From: Eledone cirrhosa
Taxonomy: Eukaryota
NCBI GenBank assembly: GCA_964016885.1
Contig: OZ024740.1
Span: forward strand, 360,096,001 to 360,160,000
Direction of reading: 5' to 3'
Length of the DNA stretch: 64,000 nucleotides
Numbering within the stretch: position 1 is the first letter of the stretch; each line of letters starts with the position of its first letter. The notes beneath the pieces were generated by a model. The model did not search any database. It had not been told where the DNA came from and saw only the letters and a list, made by a program, of their open reading frames with translations. This document shows positions 53,341 through 64,000 of the stretch, in pieces. A program made the position numbers and the translations under genes.

Positions 53341-53814
53341 TGTAGCATTTTACACTGATATTACTGAACCAGTCATTGGATGTGATACTATCCTCTACTA
53401 CTTGATTAATTATGTTTTTAGTATTTCAATAACTATACCAGACAATCCAGCTATGTTCCCTACCTTCCTATCCTTAATCACTTTGTCTATCACACTGCTA
53501 TCAACTTTTATGACTTGCTCCCTAGTTGGATTTACATTGGGAAGGCCCACATTCCAGCCTAAAATTTCTACTTTCCTCATCCTGAATGAGCTCATTCTCT
53601 CATTGAACTATTTTTTTTCTTTTTCTTTTTGGGGAGTTTTACCCTCAGGTCACTGAAGTAGGTATGGGAACCAGAATGGGCCCCAACTTGATAATTTATG
53701 TTGAAGTCCAAATATTCTCCTAATACACTAGATCCACTCCAGAGCTATACAGTTGTTATAATGACTGTGCCAGTGCCACTTTTCACTCTTGTCATGAGTT
53801 TGACTCTTTTTTTT

Positions 53815-54150
53815 TTTCTTTGCCCAATCCTTCCATTCTACTCTTACTTTCTCCTTCTCCAACTCTTCTGTCCAATTTTCAGATATCTCTTTATCTACAA
53901 ACTATACCCTCTCAGCTTCCATTTTCTACAAACCTACTGACTCCCACACTTATCTCGACTTCACCTCCTACCACATACCCACACCAAACACTCTATACCC
54001 AACTTCCAATTCTTCCGTCTCCATCAGCTCTGCAGCCAAGAACATAATTTTAAATTCTAGTCTCAAAAGATAGCCTTTTGCTTTATCCACTCCCATCTTC
54101 ATCCAAACAGCCTTCACCCATGCTCATGAAGTTGACCATACCTCAGCCCT
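53815..54150 (+). mobile_element. Penelope-like element RT C-terminal (thumb) fragment
   Basis: FHSTLTFS...VQFSDI, SIFYKPTDSHTYLDFTSYH and HTKHSIPNFQFFRLHQLCS match the typical PLE motif YKPTxxxxYLxxxSxHP...SIPxxQxxRxxxxCS. Confidence 0.8.
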
Positions 54151-54251
54151 TATTGTGACTATGCACCAACACCCACCTTCCCTTGTCTTTTCACCTAGCC
54201 CCACCCCTACACCCATCTCTAGTTTCATATCTTTCAATATATATATATATA

Positions 54252-54545
54252 TCATTTATATTAGGCTGTTTACCAATGGGTTGAACTGGTAGTTCAGGTT
54301 GGTAAGTTATGATGCAACAAATTAATTAAATCACTCAAAGTTATGCAAATCATCCATTGTAGATGTGGTATCCAGTGGTTGGTGCAGGAACAGACTAAAG
54401 AATTCATTAAAACAACAGAAGGTTAGACTGGAAAAGTTACTTTAGAATTTTAATTCCGTGAAATCACTATACATATTTCGATGGCCCAGCTCCATCAACC
54501 GATTATGATGCAAGACAAGGTGAACTCATCAGGTATCATCTGCAG
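54252..54545 (-). mobile_element. Penelope pLTR-like segment with hammerhead-like motif at 54462-54540
   Basis: Minus strand CTGATGA...cGAAA-tatgta-TA; stems I and II are weak. Ends in (TA)n; related to 1-142. Confidence 0.55.
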
Positions 54546-55234
54546 AATTATGTAAAATGATTACGTTGATCCCAAACATATTATGGAAGATAGGATATAG
54601 AAAAAATAGAAAATTCGATTTTGGGACAGCCAGCGAATATGGTGTTATATTGATAGCAGACAGTCCCTGAATGACACTTGATGCCAGCTTTGTAGGCTCA
54701 TAGGTGTGGTGAAGGGATAGAGGTCGTCAAGCGGCGACAAAGAAATATTTGTTTTAGAGAATGCCAATCCTTAATTGGTTACTAAGTTGGAGACATGTTT
54801 CTCACTTTCTTTATCAGTGTTTCTTTTTCTTTTCATTCATTCATTAACTTAGTTACATCTTTGGCTCTCAGCGCTGTATTTAATTTCACATGAGCTGACT
54901 TTCTCTCAAATTCTCACATCTTCATAATTTTCTTTTTTCCACCACAATCCATCGTAGTGAAGTTGGTTACTCTCGATGACCACAGATTGATAAACAAACA
55001 AATAAACAAATTAATATAGGTCCAAGTGTGAGGAAAACCTATTCCTGAGTCGAAGTAACTCACATGCTAAGTTTGAACATGATTAGCCAACTAGTTTTTA
55101 AGTGCATAGGAGACAAACAGGCTTCACCTGGGTTAAGGAGTATGATGAAATTTCATTCAAAACTTGATATATTTTCAGATTAATTATTGTGATTAGTGAT
55201 TTTAACATTACCAGCATAACAAATTCTGTGAGAT

Positions 55235-56200
55235 CGTCATCATCATCTTTATGTCTGCTTTTCCAGCACATCATCTCCCCACTCGCTGTGTTCCTTCATC
55301 ATCTCCTCTATGAGTTTCAGCGATTTAAGATCAGTTCTCACCACTGCCCTGTTCTTTTTGGTCTACCTCTACTGCAGTTTCCTTTCACTGGGATTTCATG
55401 GCACTTCTTTACCCAGAAATCATCATCCATGCACATCACATGTCTGTACCAATGCAGGCTTCTCTCCTGCACACCGCTTCAGATTCCTCTTAAACCCAAT
55501 TTCTTCCTCAGCTCTGCCTTTGCCTCACATATACATTACACATCCAATGAAGCATAGTTGCTTCATTTCTCGCCAGTCTATGCATGTCTTCTGCAGTCAT
55601 AGCCCATGTTTTCCTACCAGAATAAACACAAGACAGAACAAGATACACAGGAAAATATGGAAATAGAGGGTTTGGAAGCTAAAGAACATTTCTGTTAAAT
55701 CTAAGTTAAGAGAAGTCCTATGGGATGCATTCGATGAGAAGGTAATGAGCTAGATACATATATCATCATCATCGTTTAACATTCATTTTCCATGCTAGCA
55801 GTGACTACAGAGGACATGTGTAGGCTGGAGAGAAATGAAGCAATCATGCTTTGTTGGATGTGCAAAATGTAAATGTGGGAGAAAGGCAGAGCTTAGATTA
55901 ACTGAAGGAGCAACTGGGGTTTAAGAGGAATCTGAAGGGGTGTGCAAGGGGGAAGATTGTATAGGTATACACATGTGATGTACATGGATGATGATCGCTG
56001 GGTGAAGAAGTGCCAGGAAATCCTAGTGGAAGTAAGCTGCAGTGAGGTAGTCCAAGGAAGACCTGAGCAGAGGTGGTAAAAACTGATCTCAAATCAGAGA
56101 TGACAGCAAAGGAACGTAGTGAGTGGAGAGATGCTGTGCTGAAGAGGATCTGTCCAACCCATGTAAGCATGGAAAAATGAGTGTAAAAACAATGATGATA
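55235..56200. mobile_element. Two oppositely oriented RTE 3' fragments
   Basis: 55235-55610 (-) and ~55800-56200 (+) both carry the RTE C-terminal region and a (gat)n tail. Confidence 0.7.
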
Positions 56201-56519
56201 TATACATCATCATCCTTTTCATTGTTTAATGTTAATTTCTCCACGCTTGAAGGGTTAGACGGATTGTCTCACTATGAAACAAGTCAGGTCAAGTGATCAC
56301 TTCTTGCTCACATAGGTCTGTAATTTGGATTGGTTTCTACAGCTGGATGTCCTTCCCAACACCAAACGTGTGGACTGGGTGCTTTTTAACGTGGCAACAA
56401 AATGACCAAATAACAGAGTGGACTGGCCGTTCTTTGTCACCAGCATAACCCATCAATGGGTGAACTGAGTGCTTTTCTTTTCTCCTGCCACCAACACAAC
56501 CACTATACAGAGCGGACTA

Positions 56520-56576
<57 letters not shown>

Positions 56577-57139
56577 ACAACAAAATCCTTCCCATTCTAC
56601 TTCTTATAATTTACTTTAAATATATATATCATGCTACCTCGAAAGTCAAAAATCCCGCTCATACACCCTTCACCCACCATTTTCTTCACGAGGGGTTGCG
56701 GTCAGCCACTCTCTCTCTCTCTCTCTCCCCCTTCCCACTCTCTCTCTCTCTCTCTTAGCTACACACACACACATCTCTCTCTCTTAGCTACACACACACA
56801 TATATATATAAGATAAATTCCCGTTCATGTTTATTCACTTTCGCCAAACAATTGCTGCTTCAACTACCCCTACTACGGTGTAACCATGTAATCGTAACGT
56901 TCACGTTTTTCCTATCTACTCCACACACCACAATTTCGTACATAGTCCAAACATCCAATCTCGCAAAATCCGAAATCTGTATTTTTTGTTATTTATTAAG
57001 GTTTAAATACGGTGTTTTTGTCGTATTGAACAGAACAAATCTTGCAGTTTTTCTTTTTGTTACTCGCTGTTAAACATTCATAACCTTCCAGCTAGCTACC
57101 CCACATCCCTCCCACCCGCCCCCACACACCACCATTCTT

Positions 57140-60100
57140 AATACGTGGACCAATCATAAGCCAGAGACCCCCCACACACACGCATCACCATTATTATTAT
57201 AAGCCAGAGACCCCCCCCCACGCATCACCATTATTATTATTACGCGGACCAATCATAAGCCAGAGGCCTATACTATCGCTTGCACGGTTGCCTTCGATAT
57301 ATGATGGATGGATGGATGGATGGACGGACTGCGGAATCCTGTAGAGTGGAAGGGAGAGAAAAATCTGGACGCTCAGAGCGAAAATGCCAATGCTAAAGTC
57401 AAATTCACCTCGTGGACGAGAATGCGAGCACTCTTCTTTGTTTCGCCCGCGGATGGCTAACATAACCCCATCTCCCCCCGCCCCCCACCACCCCCACCCT
57501 CCAAACGCGATCCAAAACTTCAGAGTTGGTACCATAAATGTAGGCACCCTAAAGGGTCGCGCTAACGAGGTTGTAGAAATGCTTGAACGTAAGGAGGTCG
57601 ATGTTTGTTGTATTCAAGAGACCAGGTGGAGGGGTGGGTCTGCTAGATTCATTGAGGGTAAAAAACGATGTTATAAGCTTTTCTGGGTGGGAAACGACGA
57701 TGGGCTGGGTGGAGTAGGAATCATGGTAGCAGAAAAGTGGGCAGATAAGATAATAAACGTAAATAGAGTGAACGACAGAATAATTAAAATACGACTTGTC
57801 CTCAATAGAACTACGGTGACAGTAATATCTGCGTACGCACCCCAATCCGGACTGCCCGGCACTATAAAAGACAGATTCTATGAGACACTGATGCTCACTA
57901 CCTCCCAAATATCTGACAGTGACTATATAATTATTGCAGGCGACCTAAATGGTCACGTTGGACAACATTGTGACGGCTACGACGAAATCCATGGAGGCTA
58001 TGGGTTTGGTACTAGAAATGAGGAAGGCTCCAGAATCCTGGAATTCTGTGATGCAAATAACCTAACTATCTGTAACACTAACTTCAAAAAACGTGACAAT
58101 CACCTGATCACCTATAGATCCGGGGAACACACAAGCCAGGTAGATTATATCCTTACCAGAAGACGTGACAGAGTGTCTGTTGTAAACACTAAATCCCTCC
58201 CCCATGAAGAATGCACCTCCCAACATAGACTGATAATTAGCGACCTCATAGTCAGGACGAGACGTACTCGACAGCAGAAGAGGACTATCCTCAGGAGAAA
58301 AATATGGAAGCTAAAGGACCCCACAGCCAAAAATAAATTTCAAAACATATTACTTGATGCTTTCGACAGTAAGGAAGAACATTTAGAGTCGGACAATATA
58401 GAGGGACAGTGGGAATTTCTGAAAGCAAACCTGCTGTTGGCCACAGACGAAGTCTGTGGCTGGAGCAGGCCTGTAGGCAGGAGGAGAGTAACATGGTGGT
58501 GGAACAGTAAGGTGGAGGGGTCAATTAAGGCCAAAAAGCAGGCTTGGAAAGTATGGCGGGATGGGGGAAGTAGAGTAGACTATCAAGTGGCCAGGAGGGA
58601 AGCTAGGAGAGAAGTGTACTTAGCAAGAAGGGAAGCTGAGGATAGAAAGTTCAAGCATGTCCTACAACGCGATGACCAAAAACGTGAGGTGTTCAGGATT
58701 GCTAGGCAATGCGTCAAGGAAAACCGTGATATTGTCGGGGAGAAGTGTGTACTTAACGATGATGGCATACTTGCCATCACCGACACTGATAAGAAGGTAG
58801 CTTGGAAGTGTCACTATGAAAGGCTACTAAATGAGGAGAATAAATGGGAGAAAGACAGTCTCCCCCATGTCGACCCAATAGAGGGACCAGCAGTGTTAGT
58901 CGAGGGGAGTATAATAAGTAAGGCAATCAAGGATATGAAGACAGGTAAGGCGGCTGGGCCTTCGGAAATAGTTGCTGAGATGCTGAAGGCATCTGGCACG
59001 GTGGGACACAGCATGGTCACCCGCATAGTTAACCAAGTCGTACAGAATGGGGTTGTTCCGAAGGACTGGCATAGCAGCATCATCGTTAACTGTTATAAGG
59101 GTAAAGGAGACGCCCTAGATAGGAGTAACTATAGAGGCATTAAATTAATCGACCAGGTCATGAAGGTCACGGAAAAAGTAATAGCGCAACTAATCAGAGA
59201 GAGAATTGACCTAGATGAAATGCAGTTCGGGTTTGTGTCAGGCAAAAGTACCACAGACGCTCTTTTCATAGTACGACAACTACAGGAGAAGTTCCTAGCT
59301 AAAGGTAAACCCCTCTACTTAGCTTTTGTCGACTTGGAGAAAGCCTTCGACAGAGTCCCCCGCTCCATTATCTGGTGGGCTCTTAGAAAACTAGGCGTTG
59401 ACGAATGGCTTGTGAGGGCTATACAAGCCATGTATAAAGAAACAGTCAGCAAGGTTAGAATTAACAACGAATATAGTGAAGAGTTTAGCGTAAAAGTTGG
59501 CGTCCATCAGGGCTCTGTTCTCAGCCCCCTACTATTTATTATTGCCCTTCAGGCTATAACAGAGGAGTTCAAGACAGGCTGCCCATGGGAACTCCTATAC
59601 GCAGACGACCTGACACTCATAGCGGAATCAATGGCCGAGCTAGAGAAGAAATTCCAAACATGGAAGCACGGCCTAGAGTCAAAAGGACTTAAAATTAACC
59701 TGGCTAAGACCAAAGTTCTAGTTTGTAGGAAAGAAAACAAGGCGGCGGTCCCTTCTGGGAAATGGTCGTGCTCGGTGTGTAGGAAAGGCGTAGGTAGAAA
59801 CTCCATTTTGTGTCCTAAATGCAAAGTATGGGTGCATAAAAGATGTAGTGGGATCACAGGTAAGCTAACTAAGAACATAGATTTTACATGTGGCCGGTGT
59901 TCTGGTGCAATAAGTAGCAGCAAGTGCCCACAAAATACTAGCTCTTTCAATTGCGCAGAGGGTTCTATAGAAATAGTGGACAGCTTCCGTTACCTGGGCG
60001 ATAAAATCAGCAGTGGGGGAGGGTGCTCTGAAAGTACTGTAGCTAGAGTCAGAACTGGTTGGAAAAAGTTCAGAGAGCTTATACCACTATTAGCTGCTAA

Positions 60101-60912
60101 AGGGTTCTCCCTAAAAATGAAAGGCAGGTTGTACGATGCCTGCATACGAACAGCAATGTTGCATGGCAGTGAGACCTGGGCATTGTGTGCAGAGGATATA
60201 CGCAGACTAGAGAGGAACGAAGCTTGCATGCTCCGCTGGATGTGTAACAGTAATATACGTGAACGGCAAAGCATAAACGAACTAAGGAAAAAATTAGAGA
60301 TAAGAGGGATCAGATGTTGTTTACTCGAGAGAAGGCTACGTTGGTATGGACACGTGATGCGCATGAAAGTCGATAGCTGTATAACAAAGTGCAGGGCAAT
60401 AAAGATAGACGGTAGCCACGGAATAGGCAGACCTAGAAAAACCTGGGACGAGCTGATAAACTCCGACCTCACACACTTACACCTCTCCAAGACAATGTCA
60501 CTGGACTGAGACCTTTGGCGGTACTCAGTAACAGAGAAGACCCGCCTTGCCAGTAGGCATCTCTAACAAAATACACCCCGTCCCACCACCACCACCCCCA
60601 CCACACCACCCCGTTCTATGTAAAGTTATGTTGGTGCCGCGCCATCCGGGCCGAAACAAATGAGATCGTGTAGGTGTCACGACAAAAAAACACACAGTCC
60701 ACGCTGTAATGTGGCCGTGTAGGCAACACGGTAAAAACCTCCCAGACCCACACTGTAAATGTGGTTGGTGTTAGGAAGGGCATCCAACTGTAGAAAACCT
60801 GCCAGACAGTCCTATGCGAGCAAGACAATCACTCTTGCCTCAAGTGGGACTACCCCCGTCCAAACCCATGCAAGCGTGGAACACGGACGTTAAACGTTGA
60901 TGATGATGATGA
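57140..60912 (+). mobile_element. Near full-length young RTE-clade LINE
   Basis: 5' region with short tandem repeats, a single long ORF, and a 3' UTR ending ggacgttaaacgtt(gat)n. TSD not identified; 5' boundary approximate. Confidence 0.93.
57384..60509 (+). CDS. RTE ORF: AP endonuclease + reverse transcriptase with inserted PHD-type finger, 1041 aa
   Basis: APE motifs NVGTL, QETRW, SAYAPQ, GDLNGH, QVDYIL and SQHR; RT motifs DLEKAFD, GVHQGSVLSP, YADD and FRYLG; C4HC3 at 59769-59900. Confidence 0.95.
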   Translation: MPMLKSNSPRGRECEHSSLFRPRMANITPSPPAPHHPHPPNAIQNFRVGTINVGTLKGRANEVVEMLERKEVDVCCIQETRWRGGSARFIEGKKRCYKLFWVGNDDGLGGVGIMVAEKWADKIINVNRVNDRIIKIRLVLNRTTVTVISAYAPQSGLPGTIKDRFYETLMLTTSQISDSDYIIIAGDLNGHVGQHCDGYDEIHGGYGFGTRNEEGSRILEFCDANNLTICNTNFKKRDNHLITYRSGEHTSQVDYILTRRRDRVSVVNTKSLPHEECTSQHRLIISDLIVRTRRTRQQKRTILRRKIWKLKDPTAKNKFQNILLDAFDSKEEHLESDNIEGQWEFLKANLLLATDEVCGWSRPVGRRRVTWWWNSKVEGSIKAKKQAWKVWRDGGSRVDYQVARREARREVYLARREAEDRKFKHVLQRDDQKREVFRIARQCVKENRDIVGEKCVLNDDGILAITDTDKKVAWKCHYERLLNEENKWEKDSLPHVDPIEGPAVLVEGSIISKAIKDMKTGKAAGPSEIVAEMLKASGTVGHSMVTRIVNQVVQNGVVPKDWHSSIIVNCYKGKGDALDRSNYRGIKLIDQVMKVTEKVIAQLIRERIDLDEMQFGFVSGKSTTDALFIVRQLQEKFLAKGKPLYLAFVDLEKAFDRVPRSIIWWALRKLGVDEWLVRAIQAMYKETVSKVRINNEYSEEFSVKVGVHQGSVLSPLLFIIALQAITEEFKTGCPWELLYADDLTLIAESMAELEKKFQTWKHGLESKGLKINLAKTKVLVCRKENKAAVPSGKWSCSVCRKGVGRNSILCPKCKVWVHKRCSGITGKLTKNIDFTCGRCSGAISSSKCPQNTSSFNCAEGSIEIVDSFRYLGDKISSGGGCSESTVARVRTGWKKFRELIPLLAAKGFSLKMKGRLYDACIRTAMLHGSETWALCAEDIRRLERNEACMLRWMCNSNIRERQSINELRKKLEIRGIRCCLLERRLRWYGHVMRMKVDSCITKCRAIKIDGSHGIGRPRKTWDELINSDLTHLHLSKTMSLD

Positions 60913-61011
60913 AATGTAATCTGAGTTTTTTGAATATTAATAACAACATTCGATTCGTTTGCAATTATGTAAACAAGCCTCAAATTTGTCTTTTTATATA
61001 TATATATATAT

Positions 61012-61916
61012 ATATATCATAAAACATGTCTATAGAATCACCAGATAAAATATATACCATTTCCTCTCCCAATTAGCATAGTTAACCATATAAAAAAATC
61101 GAATATACCAAGCTATAAGAATAAGGCTTCTATGAAGAAATCTCCAACAAATAACCGAAACCAGCCCTTCGCGCCAGCTGCGACGGAATATTTATCGAAT
61201 ATTTCGACAGCGTAATCGCCCAGATATACAGTCAATTAAACAGAATTAGGTGTAAAATAAACTAAGAGAAAAGTGAACACATTTAGTTACCTCGACCATG
61301 GTTTCGTCCGCATTTTAAGATATCCGATAGCTTCAGAACCTAGAGCACCGGACTCTTCAGGAAGTTAGCTCAAATTTAGACAATAAATTTTCAAAAGTGA
61401 TCCCGCCAAGAATACATTAAAAAATGGCTAAGAATCGTGATGTAGCAGCGGTCAGGTTAGAAGGAATGTGGTTAGTTGCTTACGGCTGGTGGCTTTTTGC
61501 TAGAAAGCGCAGCACAATACAGCCAAATTTGTATCTCAACCTAACGGGAGATTATTACATATAAAGGTTTACATATATATATATACGTGTTCCGAAGCTA
61601 TCGGATATCTTAAAATTCGGACGAAACCATGGTCGAGGTAACTAAATGTGTTCACTTTTCTCCTAGTTTATTTTACACCTAATTCTGTTTAATTGACTGT
61701 ATATCTGGGCGATTACGCTGTCGAAATATTCGATAAATATTCCGTCGCAGCTGGCGCGAAGGGCTGGTTTCGGTTATTTGTTGGAGATTTCTTCATAGAA
61801 GCCTTATTCTTATAGCTTGGTCTATTCGATTTTTTATATGGTTAATTATGCTAATTGGGAGAGGAAATGGTATATATTTTATCTGGTGATTCTATAGACA
61901 TGTTTTATGATATATA
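61012..61916. mobile_element. Inverted pair of Penelope-type terminal repeats (arms ~328 bp)
   Basis: 61012-61339 and 61589-61916 are near-identical reverse complements; (TA)n at both ends and at 61573-61585; contains a hammerhead motif. Confidence 0.8.
61285..61370 (-). ncRNA. Minimal type I hammerhead ribozyme with intact catalytic core
   Basis: acttc-CTGAAGA-gtccg-(38 nt)-cggac-GAAA-ccatgg-TC-gaggt; predicted cleavage after GUC, between 61294 and 61293. Confidence 0.8.
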
Positions 61917-61977
61917 GCTCTGGTTATTTAATTTATTAACTTTTCATTGAGCCACAAAGTGACCCGTTGCAAAACAC

Positions 61978-62016
<39 letters not shown>

Positions 62017-62714
62017 TACACAGACACATATATTTGTGTGTATCATCATCCAAGAATAGTAACAACAAAGAAAGCAAAGAAAAAATACAAAACACCAGGA
62101 AATATTTTAGAAATATAGATTTAATTAAAACCATTATTGTTAGTTAAAACTTGAAATCTTACCAGTAATAGTAATATGGCTGTTGAATAAGCTATACTTC
62201 TGGCAAATTAACAATTAAAATAAAAGATCAACTTGAAAATTATTAACAGTTTTTATAATATAATATATAAAAATTTTTTTTGTTAATCAGCTTTCTACAA
62301 TGCTGAACGATCTTGGGAGTTCAATATAAGCTGGGGGTTAAATAGAGAGCCTCCTCGTGTTCAGATCTCTATCACATAAAATACTATACAAGCTGATGAT
62401 GCAGTAAAAATTATTCAGCAGTTTTAAAGACTGAAAATATATTTAAAGAAAAAAAAATAGTGTGTAAGACAAGTTGATATCCCAGTGAGGTGCAGGGATT
62501 GAAAACTTAACAAAGCCATCCAAATACTGAACGGTGGTTAGGCAGCAATGAAACAATTTTAACATTGAAAGTTAGAATATCAAACAGTGAATTTTTGTGT
62601 TCAACTTGAATACCAGACATTGATTCTTTCAGTGAACCTATCCAGGTTAAATATCTTTCAGCTCATACATTCCATGGAATCATAGCTCCCAGACATATCC
62701 ATTGAATAAGTTAT

Positions 62715-63040
62715 TATTGTTACAACTCATACCTATGTAGGTTTAGCTGGCCTCCTAAAAGGTATGAGGTTGCAACTCATAGGATTCTTGGGTGTTTTAA
62801 TGATAGTTGCCCCAGTCTTATCATGCCTCTGTTATTACAGCTCACACCTATGTAGGTTTAGCTGGCCTCATACAAGGGTGTATCTCCCAGGAGGTTTCTT
62901 GGGTTTTTTAATGATAGAAGCCACAGTCTTATATTGTTATAGCTCACAGCTATGTAGGTTTAACTGGCCTCCTATGAGGTTGCATCTCACCAGTGGTTTC
63001 TTGGGCCTTCTAGGAGATTTTTGGGTATTTAATTGAAACT
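62715..63040. repeat. Three diverged tandem units of ~100-116 bp
   Basis: tta(c/t)a(a/g)ctca..ctatgtaggttta(g/a)ctggcctc recurs at ~62720, 62836 and 62938. Confidence 0.75.
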
Positions 63041-63610
63041 GGTCCCAGTTGTATCATGAAAAGTCATGTGAAATGAGGCGCCCTGTTCAAGGACACAATG
63101 TGCCACACATTTCAGGAATGTAGACAGGCCATACAGATATTTGGGCAATGCCCAGTGGGGCCACTGTGATGGGTAAAAAAAAAAAAATCAATAAGCAACA
63201 TATTAATGAACAATGAGATGACCTAATAGGTGATGGAAGCCTGGGCTAGTTTTAAGACCCAGTCTGCATTTGATTGAACCCACAACTTTCGTGAGTCCAA
63301 CACTCTAACCACTAGACCAAGCACCTTCAGGCATCAAGTAAGGACAAAACATAGATAATATTTGTTTAGTATTTAGAGAAGAGAATTCTGAAGTCCTTAC
63401 ACAGATAATGAGGATGTCAACATGACACTAAAATTCTATTCTCCATATAGTAGACAAAGATAACAGTATTTTTTGCTCTTTATTGAACTGATTTTTGCCA
63501 TTGCAGATGTTTCATATAATTCATTTATTTCATCATCTTGTCATGACTCCTTTTTGTTTTTAATATCATGTAGAAGTAATTATGTGCATTCTTCGGGAAA
63601 ATACATTGCT

Positions 63611-63649
<39 letters not shown>

Positions 63650-64000
63650 GGAGAGAGAGAGAGAGAGATATCTGAGGTTGTAGGGGTGGTATAGTTACAT
63701 TAAGGCATAGTGCCAATCCCTCAACAGGTCTGAAAACAGCCAATTTCTTGCAGAAAAGGACATATAAAGGAAGAATTTCCCCAGAACTGGGTTGGTATTT
63801 TATTGATCTCCAAAGGATAAAAGGCAAAGTTATCTGTGGCAAGATTTGAAATCAGAACACACAGTGCTGTAGGAAAAGTCACAATCTGACATTCTAATGA
63901 CTGCCAATTTGCCACAATCATCTTCATTTAACGTCCATTTTCCACGCTAGCATGGGTTAGACGGGAGTTGTCCCACTTGAGGCAAGGTTGGTCGGGTGAC

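Noticed and set aside
57549-60490. Antisense ORFs over the RTE elements (also 33910-36007 on +)
   Set aside because: Shadow frames of the LINE coding sequence.

Overview
AT-rich, microsatellite-laden animal genomic DNA. The RTE LINE/SINE content, (TA)n density and TGEKP-linked C2H2 genes point to a coleoid cephalopod such as Octopus (inference). Host genes: two divergently oriented tandem-C2H2 zinc-finger genes (10 fingers on -, 15 fingers on +), and a spliced two-coding-exon gene for a 154-aa secreted orphan protein (26521-27967) that the ORF track only half shows. Most of the rest is mobile DNA: a nearly intact RTE LINE (APE+RT with a C4HC3 PHD-type finger inserted in the RT), many older RTE fragments and RTE-tailed SINEs, a Chapaev3 transposon with TIRs and TAA TSD, two non-autonomous Helitrons, and hAT, Gypsy, Tx1/L1, R4-type and Penelope relics. 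The most unusual signals are structural: (i) several (TA)n-embedded Penelope-type terminal repeats carrying minimal hammerhead ribozyme motifs, one with an intact core inside a 900-bp inverted repeat; (ii) two unrelated near-perfect palindromic transposons with GGC termini and 8-bp TSDs; (iii) a GC-rich, about 260-nt multi-stem RNA-like fold with G-U pairs in a predicted zinc-finger gene intron. All calls were made by eye without database searches; boundaries of degraded repeats are approximate.
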